Source: Thermovirgaceae bacterium (GTDB lineage Bacteria > Synergistota > Synergistia > Synergistales > Thermovirgaceae). Taken from it: a stretch of DNA of 64,000 nucleotides. Position numbers and translations under genes: made by a program. Below the pieces are notes generated by a model, which saw only the letters and a program-made list of their open reading frames with translations, did no database searches and was not told the origin of the DNA. Location: NCBI GenBank assembly GCA_040767805.1, contig JAXGNU010000004.1:32001-96000 (forward strand), read 5' to 3'. Of this stretch, positions 39,635 through 50,833 are shown piece after piece (positions within the stretch are counted from its first letter, which is position 1; every line of letters begins with the position of its first letter).

Positions 39635-40759
39635 CTAGTTGAGCAGTAGGGTGAGGAAGGTACCGGCCGCCACGGCCGTCCCGATGACACCGGCGACGTT
39701 GGGCCCCATGGCGTGCATGAGGAGGAAGTTCCCCGGGTTCTCGCTGGCGCTTATCCTCTGGACGACCCTGGCCGCCATGGGCACGGCCGACACCCCGGCG
39801 GCGCCGATCATGGGGTTGATCTTGCCTCCCGAGAGGACCTTCATCAGCTGGCCGAACAGAACCCCGCCGGCCGTGGAGAAGGCGAAAGCCACCAGGCCCA
39901 GGGCGATGATCTTTATCGTGGCCGCCGTGAGGAAGCTCTCGGCGCCCATCGTAGCGCCTACGGAGAGCCCCAGCAGGATGGTCACGGTGTTGAGTATCTC
40001 GTTCTGGGCGGCCTGGTTCAGCCTTTCGGTGACACCGCACTCCCTCAAGAGGTTGCCGAACATCAGGAGGCCGATCAGGGGCACGGAGGCGGGCAGTATG
40101 AGCCCCGAGGCGACGGTGCTGACTATGGGGAAGAGGACCCTCTCCCTCTTGCTGACGGGGCGGAGGGTGTCCATCCTGATGGCGCGATCTTTCCTGGTAG
40201 TGAGCAGCTTGATGACGGGCGGCTGGATCAGCGGCACCAGGGACATGTAGCTGTAGGCGGCCACCGCCACGGCCCCAAGGATCTGCGGGGCCAGTTTCAT
40301 CGTCGTGTAGATGGCCGTAGGCCCGTCGGCCCCTCCGATTATCCCGATGGAGGCGGCCTCGGGGACCGAGAAGCCTATCATCATGGCCCCGAAGAGGGCC
40401 ACGAAAACCCCGAGCTGCGCGGCGGCCCCCAGGAGGAAGGTCAGGGGGTTCGCCAGGAGGGGCGAGAAGTCCGTCAGGGCTCCTATGCCCATGAAGATGA
40501 TCACGGGATAGATCTCGTGCTCCGTACCGTAAAAAAGGTACCGCAGGAAGCCGCCCTCGTCCATGATCCCGGAGAGGGGCAGGTTGACCAGCAGGCAGCC
40601 CGTCGCGATGGGGACCAGGAGAAGAGGTTCGAACCCCTTGCCGATGGCCAGGTAAAGCAGGATACAGGCCACCACGAGCATTATCACGTTTCCGGTGGTC
40701 AGCCCCATGAATCCCGACTGTTCCAGGATCTCCGCGAGGGCCTTAATGACAAGTCCCAT
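39635..40759 (-). CDS. mmdB: Na+-translocating decarboxylase beta subunit
   Basis: IGIIGGADGPT, AYSYMSLVP, GVSAVPMAAR, GPNVAGVIG. Confidence 0.93.
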   Translation of the reverse strand: MGLVIKALAEILEQSGFMGLTTGNVIMLVVACILLYLAIGKGFEPLLLVPIATGCLLVNLPLSGIMDEGGFLRYLFYGTEHEIYPVIIFMGIGALTDFSPLLANPLTFLLGAAAQLGVFVALFGAMMIGFSVPEAASIGIIGGADGPTAIYTTMKLAPQILGAVAVAAYSYMSLVPLIQPPVIKLLTTRKDRAIRMDTLRPVSKRERVLFPIVSTVASGLILPASVPLIGLLMFGNLLRECGVTERLNQAAQNEILNTVTILLGLSVGATMGAESFLTAATIKIIALGLVAFAFSTAGGVLFGQLMKVLSGGKINPMIGAAGVSAVPMAARVVQRISASENPGNFLLMHAMGPNVAGVIGTAVAAGTFLTLLLN

Positions 40760-40790
40760 ATTGAACCTCCCCTTCGAGGATCTTCATGTC

Positions 40791-41201
40791 CTAGCCGATC
40801 ACGAGAAAGACATCGCCCGTGTTCACCGGGGAACCATCGGACACCCTGATCTCCTTCACGGTCCCGGCGGAAGGGGCCTGGATCTCGTTCTCCATCTTCA
40901 TCGCCTCGAGGACGAGGAGAACGTCCCCGGTGTTGACGGCGGCGCCGACGCTGGTGAGCACCCTCAGCACTTTACCGGGCATGGGGGCGACCACGGGGGT
41001 ATCGCCGGCTGCCGCCGGCACCGGGGCGGCGGCAGGGGCCGGGGCGGGGGCAGGAGCCGGGGCCGGAGCGGCGGCGGGAGCGGGCGCCGGGGCAGCGGCG
41101 GGAGCGGGCGCCGGGGCGGGAGCCGATGCCGTGGAACCGACATCCTCCACTTCTACCTCGTAGGCGAGCCCGTTGACGGTGATCCTGTATTTTTTGGCCA
41201 T
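40791..41201 (-). CDS. mmdC: Biotin carrier (gamma) subunit with Ala/Pro linker
   Basis: EAMKM motif; AP-rich linker. Confidence 0.92.
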   Translation of the reverse strand: MAKKYRITVNGLAYEVEVEDVGSTASAPAPAPAPAAAPAPAPAAAPAPAPAPAPAPAAAPVPAAAGDTPVVAPMPGKVLRVLTSVGAAVNTGDVLLVLEAMKMENEIQAPSAGTVKEIRVSDGSPVNTGDVFLVIG

Positions 41202-41250
41202 GGTTTGGATTTTCCTCCTTATTTTTTATCTAATGATCGAACTATTGTTT

Positions 41251-41346
41251 TAAGTGCCGTGAGTCGTAAGTGCCGTGAGTCGTAAATCGGAAGTGCCGTG
41301 AATCGTAAATCGAAAAACGTGAAGCGAAACCTTCCAGGATTTACGT
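41251..41346. repeat. Second heptamer array (CGTGAGT/CGTAAGT/CGTAAAT/CGTGAAT)
   Basis: Same units as 8896-9003, in the mmdD-mmdC intergenic region; short inverted ATTTACG at 41339-41345. Confidence 0.88.
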
Positions 41347-41348
41347 AA

Positions 41349-41756
41349 TTACTCGAACCCCTCCAGGAGGTCCATCCTGCCGGCCATCTTCCAGGCGGTG
41401 GGTTTGCCGCGGCCGATGACCTCCAGGGGCCTCAGCGACAAGGGTCTACCGATGCCCGAAGCCGCCAGGGCCGCCGCTATCACGGCGGCGGTGACGTTCT
41501 TGTCGGGGCCGGCAGGCGGCGTAAAGGCAGGCGGGGCGGGCGGAGCCGGCGGGGCCGGAGAGGTCTTCGGCCCGGGTCCCTCGGGTTTCGACGGTTTGCG
41601 CTCGGAGACAACGGCTAGGTAGCGGATGGCCATGATGGTGAGCGTGAGGGCGACCAGCACGATGAATACCGTGGAGAAGGCGATCAAGGAAAGCGCTATG
41701 GGGCCGCCTATCCCGTGGGAGAACTGCTCGGCGATGCGGGCTGTTTCCATTTCCAT
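41349..41756 (-). CDS. mmdD: OadG-family decarboxylase delta subunit
   Basis: Single TM, Pro-rich linker, AAVIAAA, W..AGR; position in cluster. Confidence 0.8.
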   Translation of the reverse strand: MEMETARIAEQFSHGIGGPIALSLIAFSTVFIVLVALTLTIMAIRYLAVVSERKPSKPEGPGPKTSPAPPAPPAPPAFTPPAGPDKNVTAAVIAAALAASGIGRPLSLRPLEVIGRGKPTAWKMAGRMDLLEGFE

Positions 41757-41762
41757 TACCCC

Positions 41763-43322
41763 CTAGTGCGGCATGACGCCGTGCTTGCGTTTCGGGCGCT
41801 GCTGGCGCTTGCCCTCGCTAAGGACAAGGGCACGGTAGATCTCGGCGCGGGTCTCCTCGGGGAGGATCACCCTGTCCACGAAGCCCCTCTTGGCGGCCTG
41901 GTAGGGCGTGGCGAAGGCCTCGCGATACTCCTCGATCTTCTGCGCCCTGAGGGCCTGGGGATCGGGGGAGCCTTCGATCTCCCTCCTGAAGATTATGTTG
42001 GCGGCGCCCTCGGCCCCCATGACGGCTATCTCGGCCTGGGGCCAGGCGAGGACCACGTCGGCGCCGAGGTCCTTGCTGCACATGCCCAGGTAGGCCCCGC
42101 CGTAGGCCTTGCGGAGGACCACCGTGATGAGGGGCACCGTGGACTCGCTGTAGGCGTAGAGCATCTTAGCGCCGTGCCTGATGATACCCCCCAGTTCCTG
42201 GTTCTTGCCGGGGAGATAACCGGGGACGTCGACGAAGGTGACGATGGGGATGTTGAAGGCGTCGCAGTAACGGATGAACCGGCTGGCCTTGTCGGAGGCG
42301 TCGATATCGAGGCAGCCGGCCATTATGGCGGCCTGGTTGGCTATGACCCCCGCGACATACCCGCCGACGCGCATGAAACCGGTGACGATGTTTTTAGCCC
42401 ACAGGGCCTGGACCTCGAAGAACTCGCCGCCGTCGGCGATCCTGGTCAGGACGTCCTGAACCCTGTAGCTCTTGTTCGGGTTGGTCGGGACGAGGTCCCT
42501 CAGGCTATCGTCGGTGCGGTAGGGGTCATCGCCGCTGTCGTAGAAGGGCGGCTCCTCCATGTTGTTGGAGGGAAGGTAGGAGAGCAGCTTCCTTACCTGG
42601 GTGAAGCACTCATCTTCGGTGGTGGCGAAGAAGTGGGCGTTGCCGGAGATCTGGTTGTGGGCCATGGCCCCCCCGATCTGCTCGCTGGTCACATCCTCGC
42701 CGGTGACGGCCTTGATGACGTCAGGCCCGGTAATGTGGAGGATGCCTATCTTGTCGACCATGAAGATGAAGTCGGTCAGCGCGGGGCTGTACACGGCGCC
42801 CCCGGCGGTGGGGCCCAGGATGAGCGACAACTGGGGCACGACGCCGCTGGCGACGGTGTTGCGGTAGAAGATGTTGCCGTAACCGCTCAGGCTGTCAACG
42901 GCTTCCTGGATCCTCGCGCCGCCGCTGTCGTTCAGCCCCAGGACGGGGGCCCCGTTCTGCATCGCGAGGTCCATGACCTTGCAGATCTTCTTGGCGTGCA
43001 TTTCGCCCAGGGACCCCCCGATGACGGTGAAATCCTGGCTGTAGACGTAAACCAGGCGCCCGTCGACGGTCCCGTAACCGGTGACTACGCCGTCCCCGGG
43101 GAAGGTCCTTTTTTCCATCCCGAAGTGTATGCACCGGTGTTCGACGAAGGCGTCGAGTTCGACGAAACTCCCCTCGTCGAGAAGCTTGTCGATCCTCTCC
43201 CTCGCCGTCAATTTGCCCTTTTCGTGCTGCTTCGCGACGGCCTTTTCACCGCCCCCCGCCTCGGCTTCCTCACGGAGCCTGACCAAGGCCTCGCAAAGCT
43301 CACCGATCGTCCTCTCAGACAT
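41763..43322 (-). CDS. mmdA: Methylmalonyl-CoA decarboxylase alpha (carboxyltransferase) subunit
   Basis: GKLTARERI, QDFTVIGGSLG, SGGARIQE, DVPGYLPG, RKAYGGAY. Confidence 0.9.
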   Translation of the reverse strand: MSERTIGELCEALVRLREEAEAGGGEKAVAKQHEKGKLTARERIDKLLDEGSFVELDAFVEHRCIHFGMEKRTFPGDGVVTGYGTVDGRLVYVYSQDFTVIGGSLGEMHAKKICKVMDLAMQNGAPVLGLNDSGGARIQEAVDSLSGYGNIFYRNTVASGVVPQLSLILGPTAGGAVYSPALTDFIFMVDKIGILHITGPDVIKAVTGEDVTSEQIGGAMAHNQISGNAHFFATTEDECFTQVRKLLSYLPSNNMEEPPFYDSGDDPYRTDDSLRDLVPTNPNKSYRVQDVLTRIADGGEFFEVQALWAKNIVTGFMRVGGYVAGVIANQAAIMAGCLDIDASDKASRFIRYCDAFNIPIVTFVDVPGYLPGKNQELGGIIRHGAKMLYAYSESTVPLITVVLRKAYGGAYLGMCSKDLGADVVLAWPQAEIAVMGAEGAANIIFRREIEGSPDPQALRAQKIEEYREAFATPYQAAKRGFVDRVILPEETRAEIYRALVLSEGKRQQRPKRKHGVMPH

Positions 43323-43350
43323 CTCTTTTCCTCCCTTTTGCTTATTCCCG

Positions 43351-43773
43351 TTATCGACCGCTATCCAACCCTGGACGTTCGCTCAGTTCCAGCAGAACAC
43401 CCCCCGCCGTTTTGGGGTGTACAAAGGCTATCCTCGCGCCCCCCGCCCCGTATCTAGGTTTTTCGTCGATCATCCTGAGGCCGAGGGCCTTCATCTTCTC
43501 GAGGGCCTCCTCAAGGTTCTCGACCCGGATGGCAAGGTGGTGGATCCCCTCACCCCTTTTTTCTATGAACTTGGCGACGGGGCTTTCAGGGTCGGTGGCT
43601 TCAAGTAGTTCCACCTCGGTGTCGCCGAGGGGCAGGAAGGCCGTCCTGACCTTCTGCTCCGCCACTTCTTCGACCCCCGTGCACTTGATCCCCAGCGATT
43701 GCTCCCAGAACTTGAGAGCTTCGTCGAGGTTGGCAACGGCTATGCCGATATGATCTATCGCTGTTGGCTTCAT
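43351..43773 (-). CDS. mce: Methylmalonyl-CoA epimerase
   Basis: [23 protein letters not shown]...GVLLEL. Confidence 0.93.
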   Translation of the reverse strand: MKPTAIDHIGIAVANLDEALKFWEQSLGIKCTGVEEVAEQKVRTAFLPLGDTEVELLEATDPESPVAKFIEKRGEGIHHLAIRVENLEEALEKMKALGLRMIDEKPRYGAGGARIAFVHPKTAGGVLLELSERPGLDSGR

Positions 43774-43821
43774 GCTGTCCCTCCTATATGGGGCGAGGCC
43801 GGCCCTCTCCCGGTTTTCACC

Positions 43822-44238
43822 CTAGGATTCCCCGGCCCTCTTCTCCCGGACTTTGTTCTCTAGCCACTCTATGCAGGTGCTGGTGGGGGTCCCGGGGCCG
43901 AAGACAGCCCCGACGCCCATCCCGGTCAAGCTGGGTATATCACCCTCGGGGATGACGCCCCCGCCGAAAAGGATGATGTCCTCGGCGTTCTTCTCCTTCA
44001 ATAGCCGGATTATCTCACGGAAATAGTGCTCGTGGGCGCCGCTCAGGATGCTCACCCCGATGGCGTCGGCGTCTTCCTGGATGGCGGTCTCCACGATGCT
44101 CTCCGGGGTCTGCCTTAGCCCGGTGTAGATGACCTCCATGCCGGCGTCCCTGAGAGCCCTGGCCACCACCTTGGCCCCCCTGTCATGGCCGTCGAGGCCG
44201 GGCTTGGCCACGATAACACGGATCCTCCGTCCCTTCAT
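43822..44238 (-). CDS. Methylmalonyl-CoA mutase cobalamin-binding subunit
   Basis: AKPGLDGHDRGAK, SILSGAH, GGGVIP, FGPGT. Confidence 0.94.
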   Translation of the reverse strand: MKGRRIRVIVAKPGLDGHDRGAKVVARALRDAGMEVIYTGLRQTPESIVETAIQEDADAIGVSILSGAHEHYFREIIRLLKEKNAEDIILFGGGVIPEGDIPSLTGMGVGAVFGPGTPTSTCIEWLENKVREKRAGES

Positions 44239-44267
44239 TTCCCGTCCCTCCCGACACCAGGCGTCCC

Positions 44268-45950
<1,683 letters not shown>

Positions 45951-46156
45951 TTTTTTCAAACGCCCCTTTCCTCGCAAGAACGGGACCTAAAGGCCTAATT
46001 GACGGAACAGTGCTTTATTTTCCGGTCCCTTTGTGAATCTTCAAGCAGGTATTGACATTATTCCCTATCATCTCAAAAGATGCAACCATTTCATTGAATT
46101 GCGAGACAATTCTATTCAATTCACCCCGGGGAAAAGGCGACCCCGCCCCGGCACGC

Positions 46157-46750
46157 CTAGGGGCCACCGGTCAGCCCCTCTTCCGATGGGGGAGAGCCGC
46201 GGCGGTAACGGGCCGGGCCCTCCCGGTAGAGGTCGTTCCCGTAAGCGTCGACAAGGACAACCACGGGGAGGTCCTCCACCCTCATCCTGAAGACCGCCTC
46301 GGGCCCCATTTCCGGCCAGGCCACGGACTCCATCCTGGTGACGTAGCCCGAGAGGAGGACCGCCGCGCCTCCTACGGCCCCGAAGTAGACGGCCCCGTTC
46401 TTCACGATGGAATCGATGACTTCCGGCGACCGCCTTCCCCTGCCTATCATCCCCTTGAGCCCGAGGTCGAGGAGGAGCGGTGTGTAGGGGTCCATCCTGC
46501 CGCTCGCGCCCGGCCCGACGGGGCCGCAGACCCTGCCGGGCGGCGTCGGGGAGGACTCCAGGTAGCAGATGACCTGCCCCTCCAGGTCGAAGGGGAGGGG
46601 CCTGTTCTCCCGGGCGCACTCGGCCATCCGTCGGTGGGCCTCGTCCAGGGCGGTGAGGATGACACCGCTGATGAGTGCCCTGTCACCGGAACGGAGGGGC
46701 CTCACCGCTTCATCGTCGAGGGGAGCGACCAGCCTCGAGGCGTGCCTCAT
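46157..46750 (-). CDS. Fe-S hydro-lyase (fumarate/tartrate family) beta subunit, divergent
   Basis: LRSGD, DEAH, SGRMD, GGAAVL, GPEAV, DAYGNDLY. Confidence 0.85.
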   Translation of the reverse strand: MRHASRLVAPLDDEAVRPLRSGDRALISGVILTALDEAHRRMAECARENRPLPFDLEGQVICYLESSPTPPGRVCGPVGPGASGRMDPYTPLLLDLGLKGMIGRGRRSPEVIDSIVKNGAVYFGAVGGAAVLLSGYVTRMESVAWPEMGPEAVFRMRVEDLPVVVLVDAYGNDLYREGPARYRRGSPPSEEGLTGGP

Positions 46751-46763
46751 CGGGCGTACCTCC

Positions 46764-47621
46764 CTATATCGTGACTGCCGCGTGCCGGGCGGCGTGGCAG
46801 CAGATGTTGACCACCACCGGGGTCCCGGCGACATGGGCGGGGGCGAAGTCCATGTGGATGTCCAGGCAGGTGACGGTCCCACCCAGCCCGGCCGGCCCTA
46901 TGCCAAGGGCGTTCACGGCTTCCAGGGTCCGCAGTTCCAGTTCCGCGTACCGCCTGTCGGGGTTCCTCCGCCCCACGGGGTAGAGGGTGGCCCTCTTGGC
47001 CATAATGGCGGCCGCCTCCACCGTTCCCCCTATGCCGACACCCACGAGGGTGGGGGGGCACGGTTCGGGGCCCGCGGCTTCGACGGTGTCCCGGACGAAC
47101 TCAAGGACCTCCCGGGGCCCCTGCCCGGGCGACAATACCCGGAGGGCGCTCACGTTCTCGCCGCCGAAACCCCTGGGGGCGACCAGGAGCCCCACCCTGT
47201 CACCGGGGACGATCCTCGCGTGGAGCACCGCCGGGGTGTTAGTGCCGGTGTTCTGGCGGTCGAAGAGAGGGTCCGTGACGATGGACTTCCGGAAGCACCC
47301 CTCCCGGTAGGCTTCCTCCACGCCCGAATTCACCGCCTCGGCCAGGCCGCCCCCCACCAGGAGCACTTCCTGCCCCAGGTCTACGAAGACGACGGCCATG
47401 CCGGTGTCCTGGCAGAGAGGGACATGGCCGGCCCTGGCCAGGTCGTGGTTGCGCAGGACCTGGTCCAGCACGGACCTCCCCAGGGGGGACTCCTCCAGCC
47501 TGTCCCTAGCGTGGACCAGGGCGTTGTACACGTCCTGCCCGATGGACACGTTGGCCTTGAAGAAAAGACCCCTGACGGCCTCGGTTACGAGGGACGCTTC
47601 GACCTCCCTGACCTTTGCCAT
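46764..47621 (-). CDS. Fe-S hydro-lyase (fumarate/tartrate family) alpha subunit
   Basis: CQDTG, NTGTNTP, PCPP, GIGPAGLGG, CHAARH. Confidence 0.88.
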   Translation of the reverse strand: MAKVREVEASLVTEAVRGLFFKANVSIGQDVYNALVHARDRLEESPLGRSVLDQVLRNHDLARAGHVPLCQDTGMAVVFVDLGQEVLLVGGGLAEAVNSGVEEAYREGCFRKSIVTDPLFDRQNTGTNTPAVLHARIVPGDRVGLLVAPRGFGGENVSALRVLSPGQGPREVLEFVRDTVEAAGPEPCPPTLVGVGIGGTVEAAAIMAKRATLYPVGRRNPDRRYAELELRTLEAVNALGIGPAGLGGTVTCLDIHMDFAPAHVAGTPVVVNICCHAARHAAVTI

Positions 47622-47729
47622 TGGGTGGATCTCCTCTCCCATAGGTACTGTTTAGGGCACGGCTTGAAAAGCATTACGCCCCATGCAGGCCGACCCGCCC
47701 GACATCGCGGGGGAGCCGGGGGATGGGGC

Positions 47730-48926
47730 TCACGGCAAGGACGACGCACGCCTCCGGGTGGACCCGCTCCCAGTCCCCTTAGCGCGGTTTTCGAAGAGCG
47801 GCCGTTCCTCCTCGGGGGAAGCCTGCTTCTTCGGGCGCCGGGGGGGCGCCATTTTCAGCCCGCTCCCGGTCAGGGGGACCACCACCGTGTCTTCGGCGGT
47901 TATCACGCCCGCCATCCTGAGGGCTCTCTCGGTGGCAGGGGCCGCGGCCGCCGTGGGCTCTACCAGCAGCCCCTCCTCGAGGGCCAGGCGCTCCTGTTCG
48001 GCCAGGATGTCCTGGTCGTCGACGGTGATGACATCGCCCCTGCTGGCACGGAGGGCGTCGATCATCTCCCTCATCCGCGGGGGGACCGTTACGGCGATCC
48101 CCTCGGCGATGGTGGCCCTGAAGGTCTTCTCTCCCGTCTGATTCCACTCGGCGTAGAGGGGGGCGCATTGGGCGCCCTGGGCGGCGTAGATCCTCGGCAT
48201 GCGCCTTACCCTGGCCCGCTGGAGGAGTTCCCTGAAACCCTTGAAGACGCCCAGGAGCATCGTCCCGTTGCCGGCGGGGACCACCACGGCATCGGGCGCC
48301 CTGAAGCCGAGCTGCTCCCATATTTCAAAGGCTACCGTCTTCGTACCCTCCAGGAAAAGCGGGTTCCAGACATGGCTCGCGTAGTAGGTGCTCCCCGAGA
48401 GGGAAAGGGCCATCGAGGCCGCCGCCCCTCGGTCCCCGTCGACGACCTCGAGGGCGGCCCCGTATAGTTCGATCTGCCTCTTCTTGACCTCGGTGGTGTC
48501 CCGGGGTACTATCACCGTCGCCCTGATGCCGCACCGGGCCGCGTAGGCCGCGATGGACGCCCCGGCGTTGCCCGAGGAATCCTGGACGACGCTCTCCCGC
48601 CCCTGGTTTTTCGCTTCCGTCATGACCAGCACCGAACCCCGGTCCTTGAAGGAGCCCGTGGGAAACAGGTATTCCAGTTTGTAATAGGGGCCGCCGGAGC
48701 GGGAAGGCAAAAGGGGGGTCCATCCCTCGCCCATGGAAACGAAGGGGTCCAGCGGCGGCAAGGCGCTGGAATACCGGGCCAAACCCCGGGCCCCGGTGTC
48801 GATCACCAGGTCGGCCCAGTCGACGGTGCTCTTGAGGGGGGTCCCGCATTCGCAAGCGACGGGCCTCGAGGCCTCATTAAAGGTACGGCCGCAGCGGGGG
48901 CAAAAGTAAATAACCAGGAGGATCAC
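47730..48926 (-). CDS. Threonine synthase-like PLP enzyme (start uncertain)
   Basis: GEGWTP, PTGSFKDRG, SSGNAG, PAGNG, VEPT, LTGSGLK; N-terminal Cys pairs. Confidence 0.85.
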   Translation of the reverse strand: MILLVIYFCPRCGRTFNEASRPVACECGTPLKSTVDWADLVIDTGARGLARYSSALPPLDPFVSMGEGWTPLLPSRSGGPYYKLEYLFPTGSFKDRGSVLVMTEAKNQGRESVVQDSSGNAGASIAAYAARCGIRATVIVPRDTTEVKKRQIELYGAALEVVDGDRGAAASMALSLSGSTYYASHVWNPLFLEGTKTVAFEIWEQLGFRAPDAVVVPAGNGTMLLGVFKGFRELLQRARVRRMPRIYAAQGAQCAPLYAEWNQTGEKTFRATIAEGIAVTVPPRMREMIDALRASRGDVITVDDQDILAEQERLALEEGLLVEPTAAAAPATERALRMAGVITAEDTVVVPLTGSGLKMAPPRRPKKQASPEEERPLFENRAKGTGSGSTRRRASSLP

Positions 48927-49004
48927 CTCTCAAAGGGGCGTGTCCCGCGACCCTTGTTGCTTTTTAATATAACATCACCCGGGGCGGGAAGGAAGAAGGC
49001 CGAT

Positions 49005-49033
49005 TTGACAAGCCGCTTTTGCAGTCGTATAAA
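49005..49033 (+). promoter_or_regulatory. Sigma70 promoter for thiT
   Basis: TTGACA-17 bp-TATAAA immediately before the riboswitch. Confidence 0.85.
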
Positions 49034-49037
49034 GGAA

Positions 49038-49133
49038 GCGCAATGGGGGAGTCGGAACGGTCCGGCTGAGAGGAGACGCAGGTCTCGACCCCTGGAACCT
49101 GATCCGGGTAATGCCGGCGAAGGGATATTGCGG
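49038..49133 (+). ncRNA. TPP riboswitch
   Basis: GGGG..GCTGAGA, ACCTGATCCGGGTAATGCCGGCGAAGGGA thi-box; P1 CGCAAT/ATTGCG; upstream of thiT. Confidence 0.95.
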
Positions 49134-49156
49134 GACGGATACAAGTAAGATGCCCC

Positions 49157-49188
49157 GAAAGCCCCCCGGAACCCGGGGGGCTTTTTCC
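49157..49188 (+). terminator. Riboswitch expression-platform terminator
   Basis: AAAGCCCCCCGG-AAC-CCGGGGGGCTTTTT. Confidence 0.88.
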
Positions 49189-49237
49189 TTGCCCCCCAAG
49201 TCAGGCTCCCTCTCAAAGACCTTATTGAAGGGAGACA

Positions 49238-49750
49238 GTGGAAGCAATGGAGAGTAAAAAGGTAAGAATCCTGGTGGAGGGCGCCATGACGGCGGCCCTG
49301 GCGGTGGCGCTGTCCTACGTGAGGTTGTGGACGATGCCCCAGGAGGGGGCAATTACACTGGAGAACGTCCCCCTCTTCCTCTTCGCCCTCCGGTGGGGCG
49401 TCAAGGCCGGCCTCGGCGCGGGGTCGGTGGCGGGCCTCCTGCTACTGGTGCTGAGCGGCTACGTTATCCATCCCGTCCAGGCGCTGCTGGACTACCCCGT
49501 GGCCTTTGCCGTCCTGGCGCTGGCCGCCCTCTGGAGGAAGCCCCTGTGGGCGGGGTTGGCGCTGGGGGCTTCGGCCCGCCTCTTATGCCACGTCCTCTCG
49601 GGGGTGATATTCTTCGCGGCCTTCGCCCCGGAGGGGATCAACATCTGGCTCTACTCCACCGTCTATAACGCCACCTTCATGGTGCCTAACCTGGCCCTCG
49701 CGATCGTGGCCGTCTACATCATCTGGCCCAGGCTCTCGAAATGGGCATGA
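49238..49750 (+). CDS. thiT: ECF S-component thiamine transporter
   Basis: MPQEG, HPVQALLDY, HVLSGVIFF, YS..YN; TPP riboswitch upstream. Confidence 0.92.
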   Translation: MEAMESKKVRILVEGAMTAALAVALSYVRLWTMPQEGAITLENVPLFLFALRWGVKAGLGAGSVAGLLLLVLSGYVIHPVQALLDYPVAFAVLALAALWRKPLWAGLALGASARLLCHVLSGVIFFAAFAPEGINIWLYSTVYNATFMVPNLALAIVAVYIIWPRLSKWA

Positions 49751-49805
49751 AAAAAAGGGCGGGAGGCCGGGTCGAACCGGCTTCCCGCCCCTATCGGCGG
49801 CTGGG

Positions 49806-50051
49806 TCACTTGCCTTTCAGGAGGCCCACCACGAATAGCAGTACGACGGCCCCGACAAAGGCCATCACCAGGGAACCGAGGAAGCCCATGGGGTAGATCC
49901 CGATGGAGCTGAAGATGACGCCGCCGATGAAGGCGCCGATCATCCCTACCCCCAGGTTGCCGAAGAAGCCGAAGCCCCTCCCCTGCCACACTTTTCCGGC
50001 CAGCCATCCCGCGATGGCGCCGACGACCAGGTAACCGACAAGATGATTCAT
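49806..50051 (-). CDS. GlsB/YeaQ/YmgE family small membrane protein
   Basis: GAIAGWLAG, GMIGAFIGG, GAVVLL. Confidence 0.88.
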   Translation of the reverse strand: MNHLVGYLVVGAIAGWLAGKVWQGRGFGFFGNLGVGMIGAFIGGVIFSSIGIYPMGFLGSLVMAFVGAVVLLFVVGLLKGK

Positions 50052-50088
50052 GGGACCCCTCACTCCCGTTCCAGGCAAGTCATCCTAC

Positions 50089-50832
50089 CTAGGTGTCCTC
50101 CTCGGCGAGGTCCTCCTCGCCGGCCGCCTCCTCCAGGGAGAGCCACTTGCCCCAGTCGACGCCGGCGAAACCGCTGACAATATAGATAAGCATCCCCGCG
50201 AGGGGAGCCTTGTTCCTCAGGACGGCGATCAGCAGGAAGGCGGAGGCCCACATGAAGACGGCCTTGCGCTTGTTAAGGCTGCCGGCCTTCAGGGCCTTCA
50301 GGTTGCCGAAGGGGACGCTGGAGATCATCAGGAACCCCGTCGCCGTGACCAGGAGGGCCATGAGAACCGGGGGAAGGTGGATGCCCGCCACCACGAAGGA
50401 GACCAGCAAGTGGCCGCCGGCGGGTATGGGCAGGCCCTGGAAGGAGCCGTCCACGTGGTGGACGTTGAACCTCGCGAGCCTGAGCGCCCCGCAGAGCGCG
50501 AAAAAGGCCGCCACGAGGGCCCCGGTGACGCCGAAGAAGCCCTTGAGGTAGACCGAGTAGATGATCATGGCCGGGGCGACGCCGAAACTGACCACGTCGG
50601 CGAGGCTGTCCAGTTCCATGCCGAAGCTGCTGCTGCCCCCCAGCTTCCTGGCCATCTTGCCGTCCATGAAGTCGAAGAACACGGCGAAGAAGACCAGCCA
50701 CGAGGCCGGGACGAAATGGCCGTGGAAGGTCAGCACCAGGGAGAGCATGCCGCTGAGCATGTTCCCGCAGGTGATCATGTTGGGTACCAGGGTCTTCATC
50801 GGTACGGGCTTACCTCTACGTTCTCGGCTCAT
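50089..50832 (-). CDS. pssA: CDP-diacylglycerol--serine O-phosphatidyltransferase
   Basis: PNMIT, DFMDGKMAR, FGMELDSLADVVSFGVAP, RLARFN. Confidence 0.93.
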   Translation of the reverse strand: MSRERRGKPVPMKTLVPNMITCGNMLSGMLSLVLTFHGHFVPASWLVFFAVFFDFMDGKMARKLGGSSSFGMELDSLADVVSFGVAPAMIIYSVYLKGFFGVTGALVAAFFALCGALRLARFNVHHVDGSFQGLPIPAGGHLLVSFVVAGIHLPPVLMALLVTATGFLMISSVPFGNLKALKAGSLNKRKAVFMWASAFLLIAVLRNKAPLAGMLIYIVSGFAGVDWGKWLSLEEAAGEEDLAEEDT

Positions 50833-50833
50833 A

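Noticed and set aside
41010..41125. GC-rich short repeats as a separate repeat element
   Set aside because: Encode the standard Ala/Pro linker of the biotin carrier
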